A stretch of 64,000 bases of DNA from the NCBI GenBank assembly GCA_031372565.1, contig JANMLN010000124.1:1-64000 (forward strand), written 5' to 3'. This stretch comes from Gemmatimonadota bacterium (lineage in GTDB: Bacteria; Gemmatimonadota; Gemmatimonadetes; Gemmatimonadales; Gemmatimonadaceae). The notes below the pieces were generated by a model, which ran no database searches, was not told where the DNA came from, and worked only from the letters and a program-made list of their open reading frames with translations. Below are positions 7,911-17,711 of this stretch, one piece after another (position 1 is the stretch's first letter; each line of letters begins with the position of its first letter). The translations under genes and the position numbers were made by a program.

Positions 7911-9727
7911 GGCGCGGCCATCCGGCGCGTGATGGTGCGCCCGGGAAAGACGACCACGGTATCGCGCACCACGCTCCCGCCGCGCTCGATGACAATCACG
8001 TGTCGCCCTGGTGAGAGCGCCAGAAAATCGGCCGGCGCTGGGCGCGACTCGCCAGCGTCGATGCGTACAGTCGCGGCACCATTGGTGATCTCGATGCGCA
8101 CCGCACCGGTGGCCGCGTAGCCAACGGTCAGCGTCCTCTCCTCGTCCTCGCGCACCACCAGCGTGAAGGTGGAGTCGTCGAAAGAACGCGCGCGGAAGAT
8201 CGCGCGATAGCTCCCCGGGGCGAGCTTGACCGTGAGGGGCGTCTGTCCTTGTGCGAGCACCCGATCGCTCCCATCGGTCGCGCGCACTTCGGCAAAGGCC
8301 GTGATCGGACTCTTCAGGATGGCCGTGCCAGTCCCGCCGCCCAGCACCACGCGCAGCGGACGACCCTTGAACCAGATGCGACGCGAACTGTAGCGCGGAT
8401 GCTCGATCGCGAGCTGCACCGAGTCGCCCGAGTTCACCGTGACCTCGGCGTGGTCGCGCCACTGCTTCCGATCACCGTCAATGCGGCGAATGGTCGCACC
8501 TTCAGGCACGACATCCACCGACGACACCAGCATGCGCTGCACCGGCGCCATGGGGAGCGGCGCGTCCACCTTGGGGGTGTCGACCTTGAGCGCGGGCGCC
8601 GCAACAGCGGGCGATGCCGCGACGACCGGCGGCGTCAGCATCGGCGCCGGCGCTGGCATTCTGACGCGGGCCATTGCCGGCGGTGTGACTGCCTGCCGTC
8701 CGAGGAAGCCGCCCCCGAACGCGTACAGCGCGGCCGCACCAAGCGCGACGGCCATCGTCATCGACAGTGCTACCACGAGCCAGGTGGGGAGCTTGGACGA
8801 CACCGGCGTGACGACTCCCGTTACCGGGCCCGTGTCCCCCAGCGGCGTGATCGGAAAGACAACCCCCGACTCCGGCGACAGCTGGTACGCGATCGGCATC
8901 AACGCTTCACCCAGCGCCGCCGCATCCGGATATCGCCGCTTCGGATCCTTGTCCATCGCCTTGGCGATGATCGGCGTGAGCACACCAAAGCGCAGCTCGG
9001 CCATCGCCATGTTCTCGAGCAGTGGCGGCGTACCGCTCGCCACGCGCGCCGCGATCTGTTCGGCCGAGCCGCCGCCAAAGGCGCGCTCGAGCGTCATCAT
9101 CTCGTAGGCGATGCTCCCGAGCGAGAAGACATCGGCGGCCGGCCCCGCATGGCCACCCATCACCTGCTCTGGCGACATGAACTCCACGGTGCCGATGAGC
9201 GGCGTGCTCACCGGCGTGTCCGAACGCTCGGCCAACCCGGCAATGCCGAAGTCGAGCACCTTCACGCGCCCGTCGGGGAGGAGCATGATGTTCCCCGGCT
9301 TGAGATCGCGATGCACGATCCCGCGCCGATGCGCTTCGGCCACACCATCGCACACGGCCGCGAGCAGCATGGCGGCGTGCACGGCGTTCCAGGGCTGCCT
9401 GCGCGCGAGCTGCTGTGCGAGCGTTTCGCCCTCGAGCAGCTCCATGACGATGAGCGCGTCGTCGCCCGCCTGCTCATAGGCGTGCACCGTGACGAGGGCA
9501 GGATGATTGACCGCGCCGGCCATCTGCGCCTCGCGCAGGAACCGCTGCCGCGCGTCGGCGAGCGTTTCGTTGGGGAGCGGTGTCGGGTGCACGACCTTGA
9601 TCGCGACCGGCCGCCCGAGCATGGTGTCCGTGGCACGGTAGACCACCCCCATGCCACCGCGGCCGAGTTCAGCCTCGATGCGGTAGTGGGAGATGGTCGA
9701 ACCGGGGGTGCCGATGCGGGACGTCAC
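7907..9727 (-). CDS. Hanks-type Ser/Thr protein kinase with TM and PEGA-like extracytoplasmic repeats
   Basis: GRGGMGVVY, VAIK, HRDLKPGN, DFG, MSPEQ; GTG at 9727 preceded by TAGATT (ORF track start 9787). Confidence 0.92.
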   Translation of the reverse strand: MTSRIGTPGSTISHYRIEAELGRGGMGVVYRATDTMLGRPVAIKVVHPTPLPNETLADARQRFLREAQMAGAVNHPALVTVHAYEQAGDDALIVMELLEGETLAQQLARRQPWNAVHAAMLLAAVCDGVAEAHRRGIVHRDLKPGNIMLLPDGRVKVLDFGIAGLAERSDTPVSTPLIGTVEFMSPEQVMGGHAGPAADVFSLGSIAYEMMTLERAFGGGSAEQIAARVASGTPPLLENMAMAELRFGVLTPIIAKAMDKDPKRRYPDAAALGEALMPIAYQLSPESGVVFPITPLGDTGPVTGVVTPVSSKLPTWLVVALSMTMAVALGAAALYAFGGGFLGRQAVTPPAMARVRMPAPAPMLTPPVVAASPAVAAPALKVDTPKVDAPLPMAPVQRMLVSSVDVVPEGATIRRIDGDRKQWRDHAEVTVNSGDSVQLAIEHPRYSSRRIWFKGRPLRVVLGGGTGTAILKSPITAFAEVRATDGSDRVLAQGQTPLTVKLAPGSYRAIFRARSFDDSTFTLVVREDEERTLTVGYAATGAVRIEITNGAATVRIDAGESRPAPADFLALSPGRHVIVIERGGSVVRDTVVVFPGRTITRRMAAP

Positions 9728-9803
9728 GTACGGAAATCTATAGGGACGAACGGTACCCCCGCGCGCCGCGTGCTGGTTTGCTTTCACGTAGCCGAGGGCG
9801 CCG

Positions 9804-11162
9804 TCACTCCGCGTGCAGCTCGTCCCACAGCTTCACCGCCTTGCTCTCTGGCACCCAGAAGGCGCCCACGATCACGGTTATGAGAGCGACGCCGATCGGG
9901 TACCAGAGGCCGGCATAGATGTTCCCCGTCTTGGCCACGAGAGACGTCGCGATCAGCGGGAGAAAGCCGCCGAACCAGCCGTTCCCGAAGTGATACGGCA
10001 GCGACATCGACGTGTAGCGGATGCGCGCCGGGAAGCTCTCCACCAGGAAAGCGGCCACGGGACCGTAGCTCATCGTCACGAACAGCATCTGCACCGTGAC
10101 GAGCAGCGTGAGCGCTACCGGATTGATCGGATCGCTGTTGGCCTTCATGGCCTGGTAGATCGGGTAGTAACAGACCGCTGCCAGCAGCATGCCGGTGAGC
10201 ATGATGCGCTTGCGCCCGATCCGGTCCGAGAGCGCACCAAACACCACGAAGAACGGCGTGCCCAGCACGAGGGCCACCGCCATGATGATGTACGCCGTGG
10301 TGAGCGGCACCTTGAGCACGGTCTGCAGGAAGAACAAGGCGTAGAACTGCCCGGTGTACCAGACCACGGCCTGTCCGCCGGTGATGCCGAACAGCACCAG
10401 GAAGAACACCTTCCACCGCTCGGCGGTCCCGAACGCTTCCTTGATGGGCGCCTTCGATGTCTTGCCCGCCGCCTTCAGCTTCGTGAACAGCGGCGACTCG
10501 GCCATCTTCGACCGGATGTAGTACGAGAAGAAGACGAGCAGCACCGACAGCACGAACGGGATGCGCCACCCCCACACCTTGAAGGCATCCTCGCCGACGA
10601 TCGTGCGCACAGCGAGGATCACCACGAGTGACACGAACAAACCGAGTGTCGCCGTGGTCTGGATGAAGCTCGTGTAGAAGCCGCGCTTGTCGTCGGGGCT
10701 GTGCTCGGCCACGTACACCGCAGCGCCACCGTATTCGCCGCCGAGCGCGAGCCCCTGCAGCATGCGCAGCAGCACGAGGATGATCGGCGCGGCGGGGCCG
10801 ATGGTCGCGTAGCCCGGGAGCAGTCCGATGACGGCGGTGGAGCCGCCCATGAGCACGAGCGTGATGGTGAAGGCGTACTTGCGTCCGACCAGATCGCCGA
10901 TGCGCCCGAAGACCAGCGCGCCGAACGGACGGACCGCGAAGCCGACTGCGAAGGTGGCCAGCGTCTTGAGCAGCTGCGTGAGCGGCGTATCCGTGGCCGG
11001 ATAGAAGACGCCGGAGATGATCGCCGTGAGCGAGCCGAAGATGAAGAAGTCGTACCACTCGATCACCGTGCCGGCGCTCGAGGCGGCAATGACCTTCCAG
11101 ATATCCTGCGGCTTGTCGACGTCGTGCGTTGGGGAAATGCCGGGGACGACGGCGCCGCTCAC
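9804..11162 (-). CDS. MFS transporter, MHS (metabolite:H+ symporter) family
   Basis: EWYDF, RPFG...GDLVGRK, GLALGGEYGG, WGWRIPF, ESFP..RY. Confidence 0.92.
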   Translation of the reverse strand: MSGAVVPGISPTHDVDKPQDIWKVIAASSAGTVIEWYDFFIFGSLTAIISGVFYPATDTPLTQLLKTLATFAVGFAVRPFGALVFGRIGDLVGRKYAFTITLVLMGGSTAVIGLLPGYATIGPAAPIILVLLRMLQGLALGGEYGGAAVYVAEHSPDDKRGFYTSFIQTTATLGLFVSLVVILAVRTIVGEDAFKVWGWRIPFVLSVLLVFFSYYIRSKMAESPLFTKLKAAGKTSKAPIKEAFGTAERWKVFFLVLFGITGGQAVVWYTGQFYALFFLQTVLKVPLTTAYIIMAVALVLGTPFFVVFGALSDRIGRKRIMLTGMLLAAVCYYPIYQAMKANSDPINPVALTLLVTVQMLFVTMSYGPVAAFLVESFPARIRYTSMSLPYHFGNGWFGGFLPLIATSLVAKTGNIYAGLWYPIGVALITVIVGAFWVPESKAVKLWDELHAE

Positions 11163-12427
11163 GGGCGAACCCCGTCGAGTCCCGTGAGCGTCGTCACGAT
11201 CGACATCACGAACTGCGGCCCCTTCCAGCCGTCCTTGCCGTCGTCGTAGGCCTCACGCAGCGAGTGCGCGTCGGTGCCCTCTCCGCCGCCGCCGATGGTG
11301 ATGGCCGGAATGCCGCGTCCCATCGGCACGTTGGAGTCGGTGCTGCCGGAACGCGGCGTGATGCGCGTCGAGCCGAAGGTGATGGCCGCGTCGAGTGCCG
11401 CCTTCACGATCGGCGTGCTCTCGGTTTGCGTTTCACTCGCAGCGCGAATGCCGATCGTGTCGATCTTGACGTCGAGTGCCATGTTCGAGCCGGGCCAGCG
11501 TGCCTTCTCGTCAGCCGCACCTGCAGCGATCGCAGCCCTGATCTTCGCGTCGATCTTGTGGAGCTCGACGGCAGACTCGGAGCGCATGTCGATCTCCATG
11601 GCCACCTCGAACGGAATCGAGTTCACGCTCGTGCCGCCCGAGAGGAGGCCGACGTTGAAGGTCGTCTTGGGATTGGCCGGCGTACGCAGCTCGGCGATCT
11701 TCGCGATCGCCCGGCCCATGGCGTGTGCCGGGTTCGGCATGCCGAAGGCGTTGAAGCTGTGTCCGCCGGGACCGATGAAGCGCACCTTGTAGCGGTGACT
11801 GCCCACGCCCCGGTGCACGACCGAGAGCCCGGTGCCATCCACGGAAATGAAGTGCGTGATGCGGTCCCTGAGCGGCGACTTGTTGAACAGGTAGCGCACA
11901 CCGCGCAGATCGCCGGGACCCTCTTCGCCCACATTCGCAATGAACAGGATCGTCCCCTTGGTCTTGACCTTCGAGAGCTCGAGCGCGCGCCCCACCGCGA
12001 GCAGTACCGCAAGACCGCGACAGTCATCGCCGATGCCGGGCGCCTTCATGAGCGTGCCTTCACGCTTCACGGTGACGTCGGTGCCCTCGGGGAACACGGT
12101 GTCCAGGTGCGCGGCGAGCACCACCACCGGGCCCGCACCGCTCCCCGGCCGCTCGGCGATCACGTTCCCTTCGGCGTCGATGGTCACGTTCTTGAAGCCC
12201 AGCGCCTCGAAGCGCCGCTTCATCTCGAGACCGCGCGCCTGCTCCTTGAATGGCGGCGCGGGGATCTGGCAGATCGACTGCTGCTGGTCGAGCGTCCAGC
12301 CGTTATCCGTCTTGACGCGCTCGAGGGCATCACGCAGTGCAGGGTCGGTGACCTGCGCGCCGGCATGCGGTGCAACAAGGGCGAACGCGGCCGCGAGCAC
12401 CGCGGGGCAGACAACAGAACGCAGCAT
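11159..12427 (-). CDS. Secreted M20/M25/M40-family metallohydrolase
   Basis: Signal peptide, AHLDTV, GIGDD, GEEG, GGHS, STDSN, AHS. Confidence 0.85.
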   Translation of the reverse strand: MLRSVVCPAVLAAAFALVAPHAGAQVTDPALRDALERVKTDNGWTLDQQQSICQIPAPPFKEQARGLEMKRRFEALGFKNVTIDAEGNVIAERPGSGAGPVVVLAAHLDTVFPEGTDVTVKREGTLMKAPGIGDDCRGLAVLLAVGRALELSKVKTKGTILFIANVGEEGPGDLRGVRYLFNKSPLRDRITHFISVDGTGLSVVHRGVGSHRYKVRFIGPGGHSFNAFGMPNPAHAMGRAIAKIAELRTPANPKTTFNVGLLSGGTSVNSIPFEVAMEIDMRSESAVELHKIDAKIRAAIAAGAADEKARWPGSNMALDVKIDTIGIRAASETQTESTPIVKAALDAAITFGSTRITPRSGSTDSNVPMGRGIPAITIGGGGEGTDAHSLREAYDDGKDGWKGPQFVMSIVTTLTGLDGVRP

Positions 12428-12500
12428 GGCAGACAATGCGAGAAGGAATGAGTGGTTGGGACGGTGGGGTATGCACCCGGAAACGGACGGCGACAAGGGG

Positions 12501-13664
12501 CTATGCGCCGGGGGTCACGGGGCGCAGCCAGATGCGCGCCGCGATCGTGCCGCCGACGAGCGCGACCGCGTACCCGTACGGCACACTCGGTGCGATGAGC
12601 GCCAGCAACAGCGCCAGGGTGAGTGAACGCGCATCCCCGCTCACTTCCTTGACCAGGCTCAGCAGCGTGACCGCTTCGACCACGAGCAGCACGCCGAGGA
12701 TGGGCCCGGGAAAGAGCGAGAGCAGCGCCCGTGCATCGGCGCTGGCAATTCCCGCAGCGGTGAACCAGAAGAGGCCGTAGAGGACCACACTGCCGCCGGT
12801 GCGCGCCCCGAACGCGTAGTGGCCCGCCATCCCGCCCGAGCCATGGCAGACGGGAATCCCGCCGAGCGGCGCGCTCACGAGGTTCATGACGGCGTACGTG
12901 ATCCCGATGTGCGGCAGCGTGATCGGTGGCCGTTCGGGGAAGAGGTCGATCGCGAGTTGGCGCGTGGCCAACACCGAGTTGCCGAGCGAGAGTGCGATCT
13001 GGGGCAGAGCGAGCATCAGGAATCCCTGCTGCAGCGCTGCCACGGACGGCATGCCGACAGCGGGGCCGGGCGCTGCGAAGCCCAGCGCCGGACCAGAGCC
13101 CCAGCGCCACGCGGCCCAGCCGAAGCCGAGCGGGAGCACGAGGAGCGCCGGCGGCACCTTGGGGTTGTTGCGCACCGCGAGCACGAGGGCGAGCGCCACG
13201 GCAGCCAAGGCGAAACCGCCGGGACCATCCTGCGGCACGAACTTCTCCAGCGCGAGCCGACCGAGCTGGAGCCCCAGCCCCAGCTGGATGCCGCGCACCA
13301 CCACCGTGGGAACGAGGCGCTGCAGCCACGCGAGGCCGCCCGTGAGTGCCAACACGAGCATGAGCGCGCCGATGGTGAGCCCGCCGGCGCTCAGCACCTC
13401 GCGCGAGATGCCGCCGGCAATGACGATGGCGGCCACCGCCTTGAGCGGCTGCACCGGCATGGGAATCCGGTAGATGAGCCCCGTGCACACCTGCAGCGCC
13501 CCGTACACCAGAAAAACGGTGGCGGCGTCGAGGCGCGCGGCCACGATCATCCCTACCAACAAGGGTAGGTCGGTCCCGAGATCGCCAAAGGCGCCCGACC
13601 ATTCCTGCCGGCTGAAACTGAGGGCGGTACGCCCCACGTATGGAGCCGGAGCGCTGACAGACAT
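12501..13664 (-). CDS. Putative molybdate/sulfate transporter (MOT1-like MFS)
   Basis: GAFGDLGT, PMPVQPLK, PVCHGSGGMAGHY.FGART. Confidence 0.88.
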   Translation of the reverse strand: MSVSAPAPYVGRTALSFSRQEWSGAFGDLGTDLPLLVGMIVAARLDAATVFLVYGALQVCTGLIYRIPMPVQPLKAVAAIVIAGGISREVLSAGGLTIGALMLVLALTGGLAWLQRLVPTVVVRGIQLGLGLQLGRLALEKFVPQDGPGGFALAAVALALVLAVRNNPKVPPALLVLPLGFGWAAWRWGSGPALGFAAPGPAVGMPSVAALQQGFLMLALPQIALSLGNSVLATRQLAIDLFPERPPITLPHIGITYAVMNLVSAPLGGIPVCHGSGGMAGHYAFGARTGGSVVLYGLFWFTAAGIASADARALLSLFPGPILGVLLVVEAVTLLSLVKEVSGDARSLTLALLLALIAPSVPYGYAVALVGGTIAARIWLRPVTPGA

Positions 13665-13730
13665 GACCCTATATTAGGCGCAGTGCGCGTGGCTCACACG
13701 TGCGCTCCCCCACCCTTTCCACGACGCACC

Positions 13731-14696
13731 ATGGGCGGCCTCGCCGTCGAGATTCGTGGCATCTCCAAGCGATACGACCAGCACGTGGCCGTGCGAGAGT
13801 TGTCGCTGGAGGTTCCGACCGGCACCGTGTACGGCCTGCTCGGGCCGAACGGCGCCGGCAAGACCAGCACGATCCGGATGATCCTCAACGTGATCCTACC
13901 CGATACGGGCGCGATCACGATCCTGGGCCGCCCGAACACCGACCAATCGATCCTCGATCGCGTCGGGTACCTGCCCGAGGAGCGCGGCCTTTACAAGAAG
14001 ATGAAGGTGCGCGATGTGCTGCGCTTCCTGGCCGAACTCAAGGGGATCGGTGCGAAGGATGCCAACAAGCGCATCGACGAGTGGCTGGAGCGACTCTCGC
14101 TCAAGACCGCAGAGCGCGACTGGGGCAACGCGAAGGTGGACGAGCTCTCGCGCGGCATGCAGCAGAAGGCACAGTTCATCGGCACGCTGCTGCACGACCC
14201 CGACCTGGTGATCCTGGACGAGCCGTTCTCGGGGCTCGATCCGATCAACGCGCAGGCGCTCAAGGACACCGTCGTCGACCTCAAGCGCCGCGGCAAGACG
14301 GTCATCTTCTCGACGCACCTGATGGACAACGCCGAGCGGCTGTGTGACTCGGTGTGCATCATCGCGCGGGGCGAGAAGGTGCTCGACGGCACCGTGGCGG
14401 GGGTCAAAGCCGAGCATGCCGGGCGCTACGTGGCGGTCGCGTGCGACAACGCCAACGAACCCGCGGTGCAGGCCGTGATGCGCGATGGCACGCTGGTCCG
14501 CAACGTGGACGACCAGAACACCTTCTTCGAGCTGGAGATGGTGCCGGGCGCCGACCCGCAGCGATTGCTGACGCGGCTGGTGGAGGCGCACGCGACCGTG
14601 CGCCGATTCGAGCTGGTGCAGCCGTCGCTGCACCGCATCTTCCTCGAGAAAGTGGGCGCCACAGGTGTGGAGCCCGGGATGACCGGACATGGGTAA
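13731..14696 (+). CDS. ABC-2 type ATP-binding protein (NatA-like)
   Basis: GPNGAGKTS, LSRGMQQK, ILDEPFSGLDP, STH. Confidence 0.93.
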   Translation: MGGLAVEIRGISKRYDQHVAVRELSLEVPTGTVYGLLGPNGAGKTSTIRMILNVILPDTGAITILGRPNTDQSILDRVGYLPEERGLYKKMKVRDVLRFLAELKGIGAKDANKRIDEWLERLSLKTAERDWGNAKVDELSRGMQQKAQFIGTLLHDPDLVILDEPFSGLDPINAQALKDTVVDLKRRGKTVIFSTHLMDNAERLCDSVCIIARGEKVLDGTVAGVKAEHAGRYVAVACDNANEPAVQAVMRDGTLVRNVDDQNTFFELEMVPGADPQRLLTRLVEAHATVRRFELVQPSLHRIFLEKVGATGVEPGMTGHG

Positions 14697-15987
14697 GCTC
14701 TGGGCGGTGATCCGCCGCGAGTACCTCGAGCGCGTGCGCTCCAAGTGGTTCCTCATCGGCACCTTCCTGGGGCCGGTGTTCATGCTCGTGATCACGGTGC
14801 TGCCGGTCTGGCTGGCCACGCGCACCAAGGCGACGGCGGGCCTCACGAACATCCAGGTGCTGGACGCCACGCAGTCGCCGATCGGCGCGCGCGTCGTGGC
14901 CAAGCTCGGCGCCCTCCCGATCGAGGGCGGCGGCGGTACCACGCCCAAGCTCATGGTCGTTTCGGCGGCGGAACTGGGCAACGCCGAGGTGGTAGCCACC
15001 AAGGCCGTCATGGCCAAGGAGATCAAGGGCTACCTCGTGCTGAGCGGCGTGGCACCTGCGGACGTGAAGGTGCGCTATGCCGGGCGCAACGCGTCCACGG
15101 TGAACGACATGCAGCTCCTCCGCGATGCCGTGCGCACGAGCGTACTCGCGATGCGCCTGGAAGGCGCGGGACTCGATCCCGCGCGCATCAGCGAACTCAC
15201 CTCGGTGCGCGTGCCGATGGAAGAAGAGGTGCTGGATGATCGCGGTCGCGGGGGCGGCGGCTCGGGCAAGGGGTCGCTCATCGTCGGCTATCTGGTGTCG
15301 TTTCTGCTGTACATGATGATCGCGTTGTACGGGCAGAACATCCTGCGCGGCGTGATGGAGGAGAAGTCGACGCGCGTGGCCGAGGTGGTCGTCGCGAGCG
15401 TGCGTCCCGATGTGCTGCTCGCCGGCAAGGTGATCGGCGCAGGCGCGGTGGGCATCACGCAGCAACTGATCTGGATCATGTCCGGGGTGCTGATCTTCAC
15501 GCAGCGGGCCGCGCTGACCAAGGCCTTCGGGATCGCCGACCTGCCGTTCTCGCTGCCCACGATCGGGGCCGGGTTCCTCGCCGTGACGCTGCTGTACTAC
15601 ATCTTCGGCTTCCTGTTCTACGCCTCGCTTTTTGCGGCTGTGGGCGCGATGGTGAGCAACCAGGAAGATGCGCAGCAGGCGTCGATGCCGGTGACGGTCA
15701 TTCTCATCCTGAGCGTGATCTTCATGCAGCCGCTGCTGCTGGCGCCCAACGGCAACATGGCGCGCATCATGACGCTCGTGCCGAGTGCCTCGCCGGTGCT
15801 GATGCCACTGCGCATGAGCATGGTGGATGTGCCCGCGTGGGAGATTGCCCTGTCGCTCGTGCTGCTGGCGGGCGCGTGCGCCGTGTCCGTGTATCTCTCG
15901 GCGCGTGTGTATCGCGTGGGGTTGCTGATGTACGGCAAGAAGCCAAGCGTGGCAGAACTGATCCGCTGGATCCGTTACGCGGGGTGA
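14689..15987 (+). CDS. ABC-2 type permease (NatB-like)
   Basis: REYLERVRSK.F, VMEEK..R..E, GKV.G, multiple TMs. Confidence 0.9.
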   Translation: MGKLWAVIRREYLERVRSKWFLIGTFLGPVFMLVITVLPVWLATRTKATAGLTNIQVLDATQSPIGARVVAKLGALPIEGGGGTTPKLMVVSAAELGNAEVVATKAVMAKEIKGYLVLSGVAPADVKVRYAGRNASTVNDMQLLRDAVRTSVLAMRLEGAGLDPARISELTSVRVPMEEEVLDDRGRGGGGSGKGSLIVGYLVSFLLYMMIALYGQNILRGVMEEKSTRVAEVVVASVRPDVLLAGKVIGAGAVGITQQLIWIMSGVLIFTQRAALTKAFGIADLPFSLPTIGAGFLAVTLLYYIFGFLFYASLFAAVGAMVSNQEDAQQASMPVTVILILSVIFMQPLLLAPNGNMARIMTLVPSASPVLMPLRMSMVDVPAWEIALSLVLLAGACAVSVYLSARVYRVGLLMYGKKPSVAELIRWIRYAG

Positions 15988-16023
15988 GCGCACGACAAGC
16001 GCTCGTCGCGCCCGGCATGCGCA

Positions 16024-16133
16024 TGATGCACCGTGCGTGGTTTCGGTTACCTGATGTGAGAGCGGGGGAGGCATCGTTCGCGGATGCGTCCCCCTTGCTT
16101 TTTGCCCCCTGCCGAGCCGAACGTATGGTCATG
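16024..16133 (+). promoter_or_regulatory. Conserved Uma2 leader 4, with internal hairpin
   Basis: GGTTAC..GGGGGAGGCATC/GATGCGTCCCCC-TTGCTT-N18(ending GCCGAGCC)-GAACGT-ATGGTCATG. Confidence 0.7.
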
Positions 16134-16673
16134 GCCCAGACGCTCATGTGGACCGTGGAGATGGTCCAGGCGCTCCCGTCCGACGGGAACCGGTACGAAG
16201 TGGTGCGCGGGTCGTTGCTCGTGACTCCGGCGCCGACGTTTGGTCATCAGGATCTGGTCACCCGATTGCTGTACGCCCTGAAGAGGTACATGGAGCGCGA
16301 GCCGGGCGTCTATGTCGTCCTGTCACCTGCGGACGTGCTCTACGACGAACACACGGTCGTGCAGCCCGACCTGTTCGCGCTTCCGATCGCCGAGGCACGC
16401 AAGCGGGACTGGAAGCTGATGCGCGGGCTTCTGCTCGCCATCGAGGTGCTCAGCCCGTCCAGTGCGCGCAGCGACCTCGTCACGAAGCGGACGCTCTATC
16501 AGGAAGAGGGGGTGCCCCTCTACTGGATCGTCGACGCGGACCATGCGCGCGTTCTCGAGTGGACACCTGAGGCGACGGAGCCGATCGAGCGGCGCGACGT
16601 GCTGCGCTGGCATCCGCAGGGCGCAGCCACCCCGTTCGAGATGAGCGTGGCGGAGCTCTTCGCGCCGATCTGA
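16125..16673 (+). CDS. Uma2 (DUF820) endonuclease, copy 4 (alternative start 16131)
   Basis: RYEVVRGSLLVTPAP..H, QPD, IEVLSPS, K, YWIVD. Confidence 0.9.
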   Translation: MVMAQTLMWTVEMVQALPSDGNRYEVVRGSLLVTPAPTFGHQDLVTRLLYALKRYMEREPGVYVVLSPADVLYDEHTVVQPDLFALPIAEARKRDWKLMRGLLLAIEVLSPSSARSDLVTKRTLYQEEGVPLYWIVDADHARVLEWTPEATEPIERRDVLRWHPQGAATPFEMSVAELFAPI

Positions 16674-16698
16674 CGCAGCGGCCTGCATGCGTAAACGA

Positions 16699-16736
16699 CA
16701 GCGCGGCGGCGCCCCACCCGGGACGCCGCCGCGTTG
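16699..16736. terminator. GC-rich hairpin between convergent genes
   Basis: CAGCGCGGCGGCGCCCC / GGGACGCCGCCGCGTTG. Confidence 0.55.
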
Positions 16737-16752
16737 CTGCCATGACGCCCGC

Positions 16753-17184
16753 TTACGCCGTCTGCGGCTGCGCGCAGTACTTGTCGAACGCGGCCGTGAG
16801 GTCCGACGCGATCTCCGAGGCCATGCGCCCCTCGATCTGCCAGCGCTCGATCATGTGCACCAGCTGCCCGTCCTTGAGCAGCGCGATCGACGGTGAGCTC
16901 GGCGCGTAGCCGGTGAAGTAGCCGCGCGCGCGCGTGGTCGCGTCCATGTCCTGTCCGGCGAACACGGTGGTCACATGGTCGGGCTTGATGCCGTGCGCCA
17001 TGGCGGTGGCCACCGCCGGGCGCGCATTGCGGGCGGCGCACCCGCACACCGAGTTCACGACGATCATCGTCGTCCCGGGGCGCGAGACCGCCGCATCCAC
17101 CGCGTCCATCGTGCGCAGCTCTTCGACGCCCAGGCGCGTGAGCTCCTGCCGCATCGGGACGATCATCATTTCAGGGTAGTTCAT
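16753..17184 (-). CDS. BrxA/BrxB-family bacilliredoxin
   Basis: PMRQELT..G..EL, VNSVCGCAA..ARP, TVFAGQD, PSSPS.AL.K.G. Confidence 0.92.
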   Translation of the reverse strand: MNYPEMMIVPMRQELTRLGVEELRTMDAVDAAVSRPGTTMIVVNSVCGCAARNARPAVATAMAHGIKPDHVTTVFAGQDMDATTRARGYFTGYAPSSPSIALLKDGQLVHMIERWQIEGRMASEIASDLTAAFDKYCAQPQTA

Positions 17185-17225
17185 GGCTATGGTGCTCCGT
17201 GGTTGGTCAGTTGGTCGTCGGTGGC

Positions 17226-17612
17226 TCAGTCGTCGTCGTGCCGGCCCTCGCGCACGAGCGCGAGGATGGCCGCCTGCGGAATCACGAGGAAGCGATCTCC
17301 TTCGAAGGAGATCTCCATGCCCGCCTTGCGGTAAAACAGGGCCCAGTCGCCGACCCGCGCCTGCATCGGGACGTGACGAGTCTCGCGCGTGCCGGCGGCG
17401 CCCATCCGCCACGGTTCCTCGCTGTTGTCCGCGCCCATGTCGGGCAACGGCAACCCCGGTCCGGTGGCCATGATCGTCCCACCCTGCACCGCCTGCCCTT
17501 CGACAGCCGTTGCGGGGAGGTAGAGCCCCACCTTGGTGCGGTCCTCGCCGTCCTCGATCCGCACAAGGACGCGGTCGCCGACGACAATCAGGTTCTTGTT
17601 GTTCTTGCGCAT
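17226..17612 (-). CDS. groES: GroES/Cpn10-like co-chaperonin (no adjacent groEL)
   Basis: GDRVLVR....RTKVGLYLP, G.IMATGPG, RVGD, ILA. Confidence 0.75.
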   Translation of the reverse strand: MRKNNKNLIVVGDRVLVRIEDGEDRTKVGLYLPATAVEGQAVQGGTIMATGPGLPLPDMGADNSEEPWRMGAAGTRETRHVPMQARVGDWALFYRKAGMEISFEGDRFLVIPQAAILALVREGRHDDD

Positions 17613-17632
17613 CGACAGAAACGAATCAGGTG

Positions 17633-17654
17633 GCGGGTCCGACGTCGGACCCGC
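17633..17654. promoter_or_regulatory. Perfect 22-nt palindrome upstream of the groES-like gene
   Basis: GCGGGTCCGACGTCGGACCCGC. Confidence 0.5.
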
Positions 17655-17711
17655 GTGTCCGTGTGAAGATACAACGGCGCAGGAGCCCCACGGGGTTCCG
17701 CGCGCTCGCGC

